From: Pecten maximus
Taxonomy: Eukaryota
Length of the DNA stretch: 64,000 bases
Reading direction: 5' to 3'
Assembly: GCF_902652985.1 (NCBI RefSeq)
Contig: NC_047015.1
Coordinates: 46,934,001 to 46,998,000 of the forward strand
Part shown: positions 49,656 to 63,997 of the stretch, piece by piece
Numbering within the stretch: position 1 is the stretch's first letter
Layout: each line of letters opens with the position of its first letter
Program-made: the position numbers and the translations under genes
Notes under the pieces: model-generated
What the model was told of the DNA's origin: nothing
The model's input: only the letters and a program-made list of their open reading frames with translations
Databases searched by the model: none

Positions 49656-51562
49656 AAGTACCTGGAGTAACAATTTCAAAAATTATGATTGGAGGCCTTT
49701 TTAGCCCACCATCTTCAGGTGGTTGACTGTTCAAATTGCCCTTAGTTCATGGTCTATCTATAAACAATCCTTGTTATCGCTATTTCTTGAGAAGTACCGA
49801 AATGATTTTTTTTAAATTTCATAGGTAGGTTCCGTTTGGTTCCTTGTTGTGTATGATCAGTTTTGAGACTGATCAGAAAAACGAAATGGCTGACAGGTGG
49901 CCATTTATATTTTTCTTACTGATATTTCTCAGTTCTTCAGGGATCTGTCGTATTTTCTCAAATTTTGTATATTGATTCCTTGGTCTCTTATTTTGCATAT
50001 TGAATCAATTTTGAGATTTCATTTTGAATTTTGAATGCTTAAGTCTGTTTTCACTATTTCTGCTAAAGTTCATCAGGGATTTTTTTTTCAAAATTTGTAT
50101 GTGGATTTCCCCTAATCTCTAGCTATGCACATCAAATTTTAAGACTGATCAGAAGACAAATAGCAGACAGGCCACCATTTTGAGAATTTTGACAATTGAA
50201 TGAACTTTCTTAAATTATGTATGTTTAAGGTTTTTACAATGATTATGGGGGAAGAAGATAAAAGTAGAGAACAGATCAGTCTTACATAGACCCAATGAGG
50301 GTCATTCAATGGTGAGTGGCAAGATCCCTCTGGGATCTCTCACAACTTGGACTTGTAATGAACATGGTCATCTTTTTGTGTCAAAATCCAAAATGGCTGC
50401 TGGAATTTCAGGATCTTGAAGAATGCACAACTAGATGACAGATCCCATACTTACTATTGTAGGGCACCTATATTTCAATATGTGTTTTAAATTAATGAAT
50501 AATTCTGTACAGATGAATCTTGGTTAAGTTTTAATGTACATTTGGCAAAATATACATGACATCGTGTATAACAAACATAAACTGTATCACAAAGTTCTAA
50601 ATGGATCACCTTTTACTGCAACTAAAAAGTAGACATTATAATTAAAGAAAAATACAATATAGGCCAAAATAAACATTTGTTTCTCAGGCACCAGTTCCCC
50701 AACTACAGCATTGTTGAGATATATACATTGTACTCTCCCTTGTTTAATAATGTTTGTAATATATAGGAGGGAGACATGTTGAGGTCAAGGGTTTGCCCAA
50801 AAAGGTATGAAAACTGATGATAACAGTCTTCTAATGATATGATAATGGTGGACAGCTCCTAGATATTTATATATACATATATGTATAATAAACACCCCAG
50901 TGCCTTAATACTTAATTCTTTGTAAAAATATTGGTCTGAGAAACTAATTTCCTTTTTGCCTATACTTCTTAAATTAAGACACTATAGCTTCTGAATTTTA
51001 CATAAAAATAGGTGATATTCCATTCATCTCACTTCCGGAAGGTGAAATTGAAACATAATAATAATAATATACAAATGTACATACATTCAGGGTTTAAGGA
51101 AGCAAAAATATACAACTTTGTAGTGTATATATTTGGTTAAACAAACCTGTCTTATTGAGTCATCCTCTGACTACTGAAATTGAAATGTCTATGAGTAGAA
51201 AGTTTCAATAAAGCTGTAATGTACAAAAACATAAAGTAATTCATTCTAAAATGTCAAAAGTCATTTGAAAGTGTCAAGTTCATGTAGATAATATGTATCA
51301 GTTTTCATTCTTTTTTTCCAGAGTGTATATAGAATTGCTGAGCTTGTTGCAAATCCAACACACCATCAAGACTCAGGATTTGTCACAATTTTATCTAAAA
51401 AATTAGGTGACAGGTTAGGCAGCTTAATTGTGTGGCATTTCCTATCATTACTTGATTGAAATTGAGTCTTAAGATGGTCACTCTTTCGATGTTAATGTCC
51501 ACAGAATGTCTGTCTGTTTTTCTTGCCCTTCCTTTGGTAGGTTTTTTGCTATATGTTCTATT

Positions 51563-54500
51563 TTAGAGAAGATGTCGAGGAAATTTCCAGACTAGGATAG
51601 CGCCGTCATCGCTTACACTAACGATACTAGAGTTGTCGGGTGAAATCTTGATCCTCTGGATGTTTCCGCTGTGTCCAAGTCCGACTGATATCACTTCTCC
51701 TTTGTCGTAATTCCACAACTGTAGGAAGAAAATATTATTTTTTACCTATAATTCCTATTATATCAACCAATATCCTGTAATAAGACAAGGAGGTCAATAT
51801 GTACTGTAACCCCTGATTCAAAGTCTGGATAATTAATTACATTCCTTTTGAAATTTTACTGTACGGCAATAGATGTGGGTTGGTTTATAATTACTAGGCA
51901 TGAGCTTATTGTTGGATGATGAGTAATAAAGTACATATGTTTATGAATAGGGCTAAATATTGAGGATAACCAGTCAGCAATTTGATGTATAGTTGCACTG
52001 TGAATTTTGTGACAATTGAAATGAAAGAACAAAATGATTTTTGTTTATTATTATTATTATTATACTTGGAATATGTATATAATTATATTTATTGACAGTT
52101 GACTGAAAATATGTTGCTTGTACATATACTTATAAATTAGATAAAAGCAAATTGAGTAGGGGCTCATTGATATACCCCAATCTTCCTCATCAAGTTAACA
52201 ATAGAATTTCTTGCATGCAAGCTTGACCTTTGACATTTAACCTAAGCCAATGACCATCAATTTATAATCAAGTGTATAACTTGATAAGTGTGATGTTATG
52301 TTGTGAATATAAACTAAATCCGCCAAGGGGTTTATGAGATGTAGTGAATAAATTCATTAATATATATCCACTTTACTAAGTGGAGGTATAATTATAAGGA
52401 ATGTTCTACATAGTGGGGATGGGGTGGGAGAGAGATGGAGAGCTGGTGGAAAAATATATATGCTTAAACCACTATGCAGAAAAAGTGAAGTAAAGGAATG
52501 CAGTTTTTTGGTGTATAAACCTTATAATCATTCCTTACCAAAACTCAACTAAAGTAAAAAAAAAAAATAAGTGGTTGATTTTTAAAATCAACAAGAGGCC
52601 CATGGGGCCTGTATCGCTCACCTGGTTGGATTAGACCAAATGTCAAAATAATCTTCATGTTTAATTCGTTTTATTTGTCAATCTCAAACAATGCTATATA
52701 TAGTTATTGTGTAGGGATCCCAACTGATGAAGTCCAGACTCTCTAAGGGTCTAAAAGACCTCAAGAATTGATTTTAGAACATCCATTCCATAACTTTATG
52801 ACTAGAAGCGATTTAAAGGAATTAACTCTATTTCCCCTATGGGACCCTGCCCCTTTGGCCCCTCGGGGGTCGGAGTCACCATGTATGCAAATTCTGTTCA
52901 TCTTCCCCTAATAATGTTTCTGACCAAATTGGGTTCAAATCCATTCATAACTTTATGACTAGCAGCGATTTAAAGGAAATACCTTTATTTCCCCTCTGGG
53001 GCCCCACCCCTTTGGCCCTTTTAGGGTCAAAGCCATCATTAATGCAACATCTGTTTCACTTTCCCTAAGGATGTTTCTGACCAAATTGGGTTCAAATCCA
53101 TTAATGACTTTATGACAAGTAGCGATTTAAAGGAATTACCTCTATTTCCCCTATGGAGCCCTGCCCCTTTGGCCCCTCCAGGGTCAGAGTCACCATTTAT
53201 GCAAAATCTGTTCTCCTTCCCCCAATGATGTTTCTGACCAAATTGGGTTCAAATCCATTCATAACTTATGACTAGCAGCAATTCAAATGAATTGCCTCCA
53301 TTTCCCCTATTGGGCCCCGCCCCTCAGGCCCCTTGGGGGTCAGACCCACCATTTATACAAAATTGGTTCCCCTTCACCCAAGGATGTTTCAGAAAAAATA
53401 TGGATCAAATCCCTTTATTCCTACAGAACAAGAAGGATTTTAAAGAATTTGCTATATTTCCCCTATTGGGCCCCGCCCCTCAGGCCCCTGGGGGGGGGGG
53501 GGGGGGGCCAGACCAACCGTTTATACAAAATTGGTTCCCCTTAATTCAACCAAGGATGTTTCAGAACAAATATGGATCAAATCCCTTTATTCCTACAGAA
53601 GAAGGATTTCAAGGAATTTGCTATATTTCCCCTATTGGGCCCCTCCCCTCAGGCCCCTGGGAGGCCAGACCCACCGTTTATACAAAATTGGTTCCCCTTC
53701 ACACAAGGATGCTTCAGACCAAACATCGATCAAATCCCTTTATTCCTGCAGAAGAAGAAGGATTTTAAAGAATATGCTATATTCCCCTATTGGGCCCCAC
53801 CCCTCAGGTCCCTGGGAGGCCAGACCCACCGTTTATACAAAATTGGTTCCTCTTTACCCAAGGATGCTTCAGACCAAATATGAATCAAATCCCTTCATTT
53901 CTACAGAAGAAGAAGGATTTAAAAGAATTTGCTATATTTCCCCTATTGGGCCCCGCCCCTAAGGCCCCTGGGGGGGGGGGGGGGGGGGGGGGGCCAGACC
54001 CACTGTTTATACAAAATTGGTTCTCCTTCACCCAAGGATGCTTCAGACCAAATTTGGTCAACATCCACTGAGTAGTTTAGGACTAGTAGCGATTTAAAGG
54101 AAAAGTTGACGGACGGACAACAGACAACAGACGCCGCACCATGCCATAAGCTCACCGGCCCTTCGGGCCAGGTGAGCTAATAAATGTTAACTGACCTTGA
54201 GAATTTTGTCATCACCTCCTGTAGCAATGATACTGCCATCTTCTGTGATGTCCATGGCATTGATAGAGCCACTTTCTGATCCATCAAGAACACGAATCCT
54301 TGAGCCGTCCTTTTTGTCCCAGTAGACTAACTTCCTGTCGGTGCCACTTGTCACAATCTGGTTCTCTTCTCTGTTGAACACCACACATTTGAACAATGTG
54401 TTTGCAAACACAATCTGGAGTCGACGCTTACTCCTGAAACATCAATACAAGCTGCTTCATGAAAATATCTTTGACCTTGAATTCTAGTGTGTAGTGATTA

Positions 54501-57500
54501 ATTCAATGCTTGAGATTCAGATGAAAGCTGATGAATATGCAAACTATAAGTTAATAAATTACTCACTGGAGGTCCCAGATGATGGTTGTTCCATCATGGC
54601 TAGACGACACACAACTCTTGTCATCCTTGCTAATCTTGATGGCAGAGACGGATCCTTTGTGCTCCATCATATTGTGTATCAAGCTGGTTGTGGCATTGTC
54701 GTTATTTGATCCACAACTGACATTCCATAAACGGACTTGTCCCTCTCCGCCTCCACTGATGATGCATATACCATCAGAGGTACAGGCCAGAGCGGTCACA
54801 CCATTACTGTGAGCATCATTTATCACAAACATTGGTTTAAGGGAAAGACCATTTTTTCCTTTTGCAAAACAAAAACCTCGGATTTTCCCATCATCCCATG
54901 CTGGAATGCAAAAATTGGAATTAGTTCATGTGCACATCTTTAGTGTATAAGCTGACTACATTATATGTACATCATTAAGGTTTTTGATGAAAAACTGTAG
55001 ATGTTCAGACAAGATTCAGTTAACAAATAGAGGAAGGGGCATAACTGTCATAAAACACATGAAAAAGTAAATTCAGTTGCACAATATCAGTGTGTGTGGA
55101 CTACATCAGTGAAAGTTCGAAAAAAAACTAGAACAACATTCAGTCTACAATCAAATCAAAAGGAGAATAGGTATTCACCTGACATCTATAAAATGCTGCA
55201 GAGTTCAAGGGTCAAAAGATCTTAATTGGTTGAACTGACCGCATTTGGTTTACAACAATAATGAACCTAGTATTGTAAACCAATTTTGAACTTCATACAT
55301 GAGAAGTGGTCTATATGAAATCTGTATTTCTGCATTTGAAATTAAGAGTATCAGTCTTCATGATATATGCGCCAAGCCTCAGACAGGGTTTCCACTTACC
55401 AGTGTAGACCATACTGCCATCCTCTGTCAAAGCCAGGGAGGTACAGGTCATGTTAGCTATTGTATGTCTCAAAATTTCCTTGCCACCCGCGGCCGTCAGC
55501 CAGAATCGGATCTGTCCCAACTGGGACGTCACAAACAGTTCATTTGTTCTTCTGTAAATGAAAGATTTATTGACTATGTATCTGTGACATCAGGTTGTCA
55601 TGATTTGGAAACTGTACCATTCAAATCCAGGATTTTTTTTTCATTTTCTGTTTAATTAAGCACTGAGGTCAATATGGTTTAGTTTCATAGGGGTATGAAA
55701 AAGAAATGTTTGCAAACTGTACATGTATGAATCTGCGAAGCAAAGCGCAAATTCTTACAAACATTTTTCTTTCATACCTCTATAATTAATTTTCCATTGT
55801 ATGGCTTTCTGATTGGTTGAGATTTTTTTTCATACCACTAGGAAACAAAAATTCCGAGAATGGCGAGAAAAATGTGACGTCACAATACGACGATTGACGT
55901 TGCGTATTGATTTGAGAAAAAGACTCCCATATAAAACCAGTAAAAATGTACATAAAAGATGTTTTGAAATAGAAAATTATTTTCAAAAATTAATTATAAG
56001 CGTTGATTATTTTTTAGTTTCATAGGGGTATGAACAAATTTTTTTTGCAAACTTCTGTAAGAATCCGCTATGCGGATTCATACAGTTTGCAAACAAATTT
56101 TTTTCATACCCCGATGAAACTAAAAAAAATGACATCAATGCTTATATTTGCAATACTTATAATTAATTTCTGAAACTGTACTTCAAAGTTAAAACATGTT
56201 TTATGTACAATTTAACTTATTTGATAAGGGATTCTTTTGAACAAATCAATACGCAACGTCAATGGTCGTATTGTGATGTCACTTTTTCTGGCCATTTCCT
56301 ATTTTTTTCACATAGGTATGAAAAGAAAAACTCAACCAATCAGAAAGCTGCATTCTGCATACCAACAATGGAAAATTAATCATAATTAAGATATTAATCC
56401 TACATATGCAATATTAATTCTTTTCTAACAAGCTATACCTTACAGGCAGTCAGTGTCAAGCACTCATAGAATTGAACTTCAAAGTCCTCTGGAAATATTG
56501 TTTCCTTCTGACAGGACTATAAAAGATAATCTCGAACATTTCTCGAAACACAAAATATCTATGAAATTTCATAAAAAAACTAATTTGAATTAGCACAAAG
56601 TGCCCAGCAGAATCAATTTGTTTTTATTTAGTAAAAGAAAAACAGAATGTCCTCATTGCATACGATACTACACAAGATACTGCTATCTGACGAACTTACG
56701 ATGGGAAAGCAATATCTGTCACCTTCTTGAAGTGGGAGGTTTTGATAAGTTCACATGAGAAGTCTGCGAAATTGAACTTGTAGATCTGGGAGTTGGTCAT
56801 TCCAACAAAAAACTGGAAAAAAAACCAAGATTATATACATTTTGGTAGATTATCGTAATGGTCTATCAAAGTGGAAATGTGTGAAGACATTATATTACCG
56901 GTAGATATGGGATGGCAGTCCATTTGTGGAATGAAATAATTTTGAACTTTTTTAAAGATGATTCATTTAAGTACAGATTCCTCCAGATATATATTTTTAT
57001 ATTATTATTTTTTTTGGGGGAGGGGTGTTGTACTGGTACAGGAATATGAATAATGCAATGGTTTTAACCAATTTGTCTGTAGTTTTACCTGGTGTCCTTT
57101 GCCTCTTAATGCAATGGAAGCCACAGCAACATTTTCATCCTTAGAGCTCTGATCCAACCAAGACCTGTTCAATAACAATAACATTATGTATCGTTTGGTT
57201 ATACTAGAAATGATATATCATAAAAAAAACATGAGGCACAAAGGGCCTGTATTGCTCACATGGATATTGCAATGATTATTGCAAATTAAGAAACACTTTA
57301 CATTTCGAAACCAGAGGAGGGAGAAAAAGAAAATCACTTTATAAAATGATCAAATGCGGCTGTATCAGCCAATCAAAACGAAGTTACATTTTTACATTCT
57401 AGTGATATGGACCAAGCGAACGTCTGTTTGTTAGTATCTATATTGGACCATACCATCGTTATTACTTACAAGAGCCTATATAAATATATATATATATTCA

Positions 57501-60500
57501 AAATAGTTCTAAAGTTTGCTACAAAAGTTGTACCAATGAGTACCTCAAATAGAAGATTTATCTAATGCACATAATAGGTGATAGTTGGACAAGGAAAAAT
57601 ATGATACCTTTTCTTCTCAAACACCCATTCATTTTTCTTGTTAAGACTGTATGTCACTAATGCAACCTCTCCCGCTCCAGATCCTACCAACATCTGTTTG
57701 TCGAAGACGTGAGCAAGGGCAGTAACCCCGCAACTAAAATTTTTCTGTTTTTTAATGTTTGGCCCTCCTGGACCATGAAACTGGAGAAGTTTTGTATCTT
57801 TGTTTACACCAAGTATATCTCCTGTGGTAGTACCGCACAGCAGGTAGTCACCTTTCATCTAGAATAATGAAACAAAAATCACAAGTTTTGATATTTGAAT
57901 CTGATTTTTGATATATGCATTGTAAAATATTTGTACATGTGCCTTAATTAACAAATTTTTTGTCATTGTAAAAAAAAGTATTAACACAAAACAAATCTGA
58001 TGTAATCAGTGAATAAAATATGAATTGGTGACACACCTGTTTATATGAACAGTGAAGTAATGGTGACAGTACAGACAAGTAGATTGTAGAATTTTTTGAG
58101 GCACTTCAAGGTGATTTTCTTGAAAAAAATCACACATGGCCATGCTTACAATAATCCTACTGTGGTCTGCTTCCTATGTCAAGATTAATTCTGTTATATT
58201 TAATTTAAAATGTTTCAGAAAAAAAAATTGTGGTGTAGGGAATTGTCATTTTGGGTAAAAAAATCATGACATTTTGCAATTTTTAAAGGATTTTTGAAGT
58301 GGTTACCATGGTTTTCACAGGTCTAAAAAACAGAGAAAAAATAAGTTTACTTATCCTTCACAGCTGTGTTAAAATTGCAAATGCTGTATATATTAAAAAT
58401 ATATGTATATATATATACTTTAGTATAGGTAATAGGTAGGGTTACTGATTATGATTACATATATAAAACATGTGCCTTATTAAAAGTTATTTTCCAGAAA
58501 TTGGCAGAATTGCGCTCTTTGACTGTACACTGCTACCCTTGCTACCGACAGGTCCTAGCATTTCTGCTTGATGGATCTAATGGTGACTGTTATTGTTAAT
58601 CCTCATATTGAGGGGTGTTTTGGTTCCCCCCAAATACTACATGTGACACTTAGGTGACTTAGCACAAGTAATAAAGTAAAATAAATTGGTCCATGTGCCA
58701 GAAACTGACTGGTGGATACAGTACTTCTGTCTGTTGGTCTCACATTTGAATGAACTGGTACGTGTGATACACCTGTATATGCATACCTGTAACATTGACA
58801 CACCTGTATACATTTCCAGAATTAGGACATACCTGTATACACTTGCAGATTCTGTTGAACTGACCCATGTTGACATCTACTGGCTTTATTTTTCTGTTTT
58901 CCACATCCAGATCCCAAACTCTCAGAGTACGACTGAAAAAAACATCATCCAAATATAATATCCAGACAACAAAAAATAACCATGGTTACACTCTTTAATT
59001 AATAAAAAATTCTGCAGTTACCTAGTAAATTACCGGAAATATATTGATTTCATTTTATCAACTGTTGATTTTCCCATGTAAAAGAGATGAAATGATAATA
59101 ATACTTACTCTCCACATGTGAAGAATATGTTTTCATTACTCTCATGGTATCCGACAGCCATAGTATTTCCAGCACTTTTAAGTTGAGCTCGTTCACCACA
59201 GATTGAATTTTTGGTATTGACATTCCACACCACCACTCTGTCAGAAAAATACACAAAAACAAAAAACGATTTGTAAATAATCAAACTGACAAACAAACAG
59301 TTGGTTGATGATATGCATTACCTTATATGTGAATTCAGTTGCAAATTTAAAGAAAATCATGTGATAAAAGTGATGATCTAACAGTAAGATGGGTTTGATT
59401 CATTTGAACAGTGATGGTTACAGTTATTCCTGTCAAATCAGGTGGAGAAATGACAATTAAATGAATTGAATGACATCTACAAAGGCAATATTGCATTTAA
59501 AAACAAGATGCCCAAATGTTATGCATAGCTTCACAAGGTTTAATTAGAGCCAGCATGACAAATCTATTCCCATTAATAGTTATATTGTGAATGCCCTCGA
59601 AGTTCCAAAGGAATTGGGTCAAATTGCTTATAATCTTGGTAGATGATAGCATTACATGTCAAGTATTAAGTAATTTGCAAACTATTTAAATGGGTCTTTG
59701 TAGAATTTAGATGGCAGTCCCTGCCCCTTTCTTAGCCAAAACTTACGATCCATCATCTTGTCCTCCTAAGGAAAGGAGGTAGTTGTCGTTTGGGGAAAAT
59801 GCCAATGCCTCAATTTTCACTTTGTGCAGTTTTAGTCGGGCATAAAGTTCTTTCTTTTTATAATCCCATATGATTATGTCAGCCTGTAAAAATAGAAGCC
59901 ATTTTAACTTTGCACTAAAGTTAGAATATAAGATGACTTACAGTATTTTCAATATTGAACCATATAAATACAAACAAGAATTGTTTCTATTCCAAAATAA
60001 TTTTTGATATAAATTTTTGATAATACATAAACCTTGGAAACATGATTATATTTATAATATAATAGCAAAATATAGCATTATTATTCTGTCACATGGAATG
60101 TGTAGAAAAACATAACAGTGCAGAATCTGTATTACTTAAAACTGTTGCAGCAAAAGAAGCAATATTGCTGTTTCAATTACAGTAAATTCGATTAGGAAAG
60201 ATAGATGTGGACCTGACAGTAAAAACTCATTAAGAATGACTAACTTTGAAGCCCATATGAATGGCTTGGCCAGAAGCGATGTATTTCCCCGAGTTGGAGA
60301 CAGTCAGACAAGACACATTGCCTGAATGTCCCATAAGAGTTTGCTGTTTTTTTGTTTCGATGTTTTCAATGATGACAGTGACACCGAGTGAGTAGATAAG
60401 ATGTTGCTCGTCAGGATGTACATGGAGGCCATTTGAAATTCCACCTAAAAACAATGTAAAAAAAACCCATTAAAATCAGGTGCCTCTTTAACAGAATTCT

Positions 60501-62341
60501 CATTCCATTTATTTTCCATTTCAGCATCAAAAGGATGTTGATGATATGATACAATCAATGGTTTCCCTGGACATTAAAAAAAAATATATTTTTTTTTAAA
60601 TTCAGAATTCATAAATTACTCTGATTTATAACTGCTGGTTGGCTGTGTTATTATGACATTATTGTGCTTACTGTGACATGTGCGGCAGCGCCAGTCAAAA
60701 TTTACTTGCAGTCCTGATCCTCTAACAATATTGTTGGGAGTATTAACTTATTATGATTAGATTTATAGGATAATATTAAGTCCATGTACACTATTTACAA
60801 TTAAAACCTGTCACACCATTCCCCCTTTTCAAATGTGTTTACCCTCGAACCCAGGTTATATTTGGTTGAAGCGCTGCAGTCAAATGGCATAAAAAGTAAC
60901 TGGTTCTATCTGGTTGGATTGAACTTGCACCAAAGGAAAGAAAGTATTGTACCTCTGCCGGGGATCAAACCCAAACAAATGACCTGTTTCATCACTCTAC
61001 CAACTGACCTAAATGGAACTTCTCCCTAACATGAAGGTAGAAGGCAACTATATCTCCTAGTGTAGAAGTCCTAACAGTAGTCAGCCCAACAAAGAGGAGA
61101 TTAAATTACTACTAGGCTCTATGTCACGTAATAACAGCCAAACATTGGGGATTTCATCATGCCTGAAATGGATTGGGAACATGAAAGGAGTAGAATAGCA
61201 GAACATCATCACTCAACTATTTTTCTAGAGACTAGATCTCTTTCCTCTATCAACACATAAGCAAGCCGACGCGGGTTCGTGGGGATCAGAATCTAATGAG
61301 GAGGGCATGATCAAACATATAGACTACCTCCCAAGTATTGGGAAGAGTGATCACCTGCTTTTATCTTCTAAACTGTACATAAAATATGAGAAGCATGAAA
61401 CGAAGACTAGGAAAAGAAACTCTCACAAAGGCCAATATAAACTATATGTAGGAGGCTAAAAGACGTAGACTGGTAGAAAGTCCTAAGTAAACGCTACACC
61501 TCGCAAACATGGAATACCTTGGTTAGTAATGTATCAAATATTATAGAAGACACTATACACTTAAAAGACGAGCTTGGATCAGTTATCAACACTGTAGATC
61601 TGAAAACAATCTGAAAAAATATATTATCTGCTCGGAATTTGGTTGTAATACTGTTTCTTTCAAATATCCAAGTTTTTTTAAACTCTGCGCAAACTGTACA
61701 TAGTAATGATCATGAAGAAGCGTCATCATTAGCAAACAGCTTACATCGATGTCGAGGGTCATATATTATGAAGGTAGCAAAGCTATAGTAACCATGTACA
61801 GCACTATTTACAATTAAATGCTACAAACAGAATAAATCCGTATATGATTTCAATCGTATAAAATCAATCAATAGCGGAGTAGTTATGGAACGTCACTCTA
61901 TACCTTTATATCAATTGATAATCTAACAACCCTCCCTCCTTCAAAGTCCTTTTTCTTTCTCTAACCGATGTCAACTTGCAGAATGCTTTAACAGAAGCTG
62001 TACAGTAACTCACTCTAGGTTCTACTTATATTTGGATCAATTTTAACGGGTCATATACATTTCAAAATATAATACGAAGTAACCAATATGAATCCGTGCA
62101 GTTTTAATAATTTATATGCTGAGAAATTATTGTAGTTGACCGGTAACACAGTAACAATATAAACACGAATCATGAATTTCGGCGTGTTGGACCTGACAGT
62201 AATGTACTGACAGTACGCAGATAATATCTTTGTACATGAAACAAACGTTGCAAAACTGAACAAACTAGAAATCTATATTTACTTACTATATCCCACGATA
62301 TGCTCCAATTCCAAACGGGGTAAATCATAGCATTTCGCCAT
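51563..62341 (-). CDS. CFAP52: Cilia- and flagella-associated protein 52 (WDR16) or a paralog
   Basis: Exons 62341-62287, 60444-60245, 59883-59747, 59237-59109, 58932-58833, 57858-57608, 57164-57089, 56812-56700, 55551-55400, 54900-54567, 54433-54196, 51718-51563, phase-consistent. Motifs HPDEQHLIYSLG, YIASGQ..MGFKADII.WD, GTTTGDIL, ISGGGEGQVR.W, ANTLF, TSGTDRK, SGSINAMDIT. Confidence 0.93.
52591..54180 (+). mobile_element. Full Pearl/HINE element with two internal repeat subtypes, in the last CFAP52 intron
   Basis: Same head and tail as 48721; about 8 internal units of about 155 bp, with the repeat type switching near 53300. Confidence 0.88.
55655..56380. mobile_element. Two nested, opposite-orientation copies of a hairpin-ended (Crypton-like) repeat
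   Basis: 55785-55995 is inverted relative to 56157-56380. Terminal hairpin centred on GAATCCGCTATGCGGATTC, with a second degenerate hairpin at 55655-55780. Confidence 0.65.
61070..61560 (+). mobile_element. Decayed CR1/L2-type LINE fragment (AP-endonuclease region)
   Basis: Broken frames give GDFIMPEMDW, FLYQHISKPTRVRGDQ and NEEGMIKHIDYLPSIGKSDHLLL. Confidence 0.75.
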
Positions 62342-62377
62342 ATTTACAGTTGTATTTGCTGTTAGCTGGGTACAGCT

Positions 62378-62434
62378 CAAACAAATACAGTGCTTTGAAA
62401 TTTACACGTCGCCAAGGGATACAGACATGGCGAC
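62378..62434 (-). promoter_or_regulatory. Putative ciliary-gene promoter: RFX X-box-like sites and a forkhead-like site
   Basis: GTCGCCAAGGGATAC (62408-22), half-site CATGGCGAC (62426-34) and CAAACAAATA (about 62378), just upstream of the CFAP52 ATG. Confidence 0.45.
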
Positions 62435-63781
62435 ACAGCGAGAGCGCCACCTACGCCTAACAATAAAACCAAGAGAAGATCAATCGTGCAAGTCCAAACA
62501 CGAGACAAGTTTTGAAAAATTGTATAGACAATAAAATTAGGACTAAAGTGTTCACCATGAACAAATATATATAAGTGAAATTATGTAAGCACCGAAAGCA
62601 TTAAAATGGAAAATACACCAGACACATTTTAGTTAAGTATTGTAACAATAACAGCAAGGTTAATAACGTGATTAGGCCCAGCGATTCATTTTTGATTGAT
62701 TAGCTTATCCAAGTACTTTTAAAAAATTGTCGATAGATAGAGACGTTGTATTTTCTCTATTTGTCTGCCCATTAGATTGGATATTAGAATCCCGATCTAT
62801 CACCCACGGAGTAGACTGTAGAAGATGTAGAGTAACGGAAATACAAGTCTAATTTTAATTTGATTGAAGATCCAAAATACATAATTTGTTAATTATATGA
62901 AAAATAACATGGCTTCAGATACCTGACCCGTTAATGTGACAGGGGTATACTTGGCATATCATAAAATGAAACTTGATCATCCGCAACATCATGATCCTCA
63001 CATATATATAATATACAGATTCTATCAATATAGTTATCTATCAATTCTTTCTTTCTTTCTTTCTTTCGGATACAGTCACTAGTTCGAGCCCTAGGCTTCT
63101 GGAACCTATTTGTATATATCACCTATTACCTAGATCTCAGGTTGTCTGTTAGGAACACCAGCGTGGGCGATAATCATGACGTTTTCCCATCACAAAATTA
63201 GCGGTCTATAAATCAGAAATCCCTTGTCTCTAAGACATGTTACAAAAGGCTGCACCGCCCGATGGAATTACTATAGTTTCTAGTTGATATGAACCGACAC
63301 ACACAAAAAAAAAGTCACCGTATACTGTTGTAGTTTCATATGTGCATATCGGTCCATGTGTTGTCCTTTGAACAGTCGCTTGTTTCGATTGAACATTATA
63401 TAAAAACAAAAATATTCGGGCATTTACATTTGTAAGACTGAGATTAGAAACGCAACATGATGATATATAACAAATTTTGATTTAATACAGACCATCGTCA
63501 ATAAGAGTAAGTTATGGTCACATTCCAATACATCACAAGGATATGGGATAGATACAAAAACATTTGAAACTTGTGTTGTGCATGGATATCTCTTTAATGA
63601 CGTCATATAATGTGCCGTAATGTCATCATTGACGGAGCAGTTGCCTAGTAAGCTCTTCAAATCTTGACAGCGTCTTACAGCATTTTATAAAAAAAAAAAA
63701 AAAAGTTGGACACAATCCTATACAAACTTTATTATTAAGACAGGCACATGCCGTAAGCCTAGACAATGGTTTCTATTTGTG

Positions 63782-63997
63782 TATACCAGCAGGAAAGCGT
63801 GATGTACAGGTACCTCCATATTTACCATGTCATGACGACATATCCTGTCCGTCAGTGCCGTACTAGTTTATACCGCTTGGCTAGACAGAACTTCTCTCTA
63901 GCTCGATCGGTTGAGCGAAAACTAAAGTAAGTGGATAAGGGTTCAATCCCTAGCGGAAGCATTGAAGTAAATTTAATTTATTTAGCTCTCTGTTACA
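63782..63997 (+). mobile_element. Diverged tRNA-containing LTR-like element (Helenus-like)
   Basis: TAGCTCGATCGGTTGAGC A box, GGTTCAATCCC B box and a CTCTCTGTTACA end like the 11917 element. Confidence 0.5.

Noticed and set aside
53268-54155. Pro-rich ORFs
   Set aside because: Translations of HINE internal tandem repeats with poly-G frameshifts.
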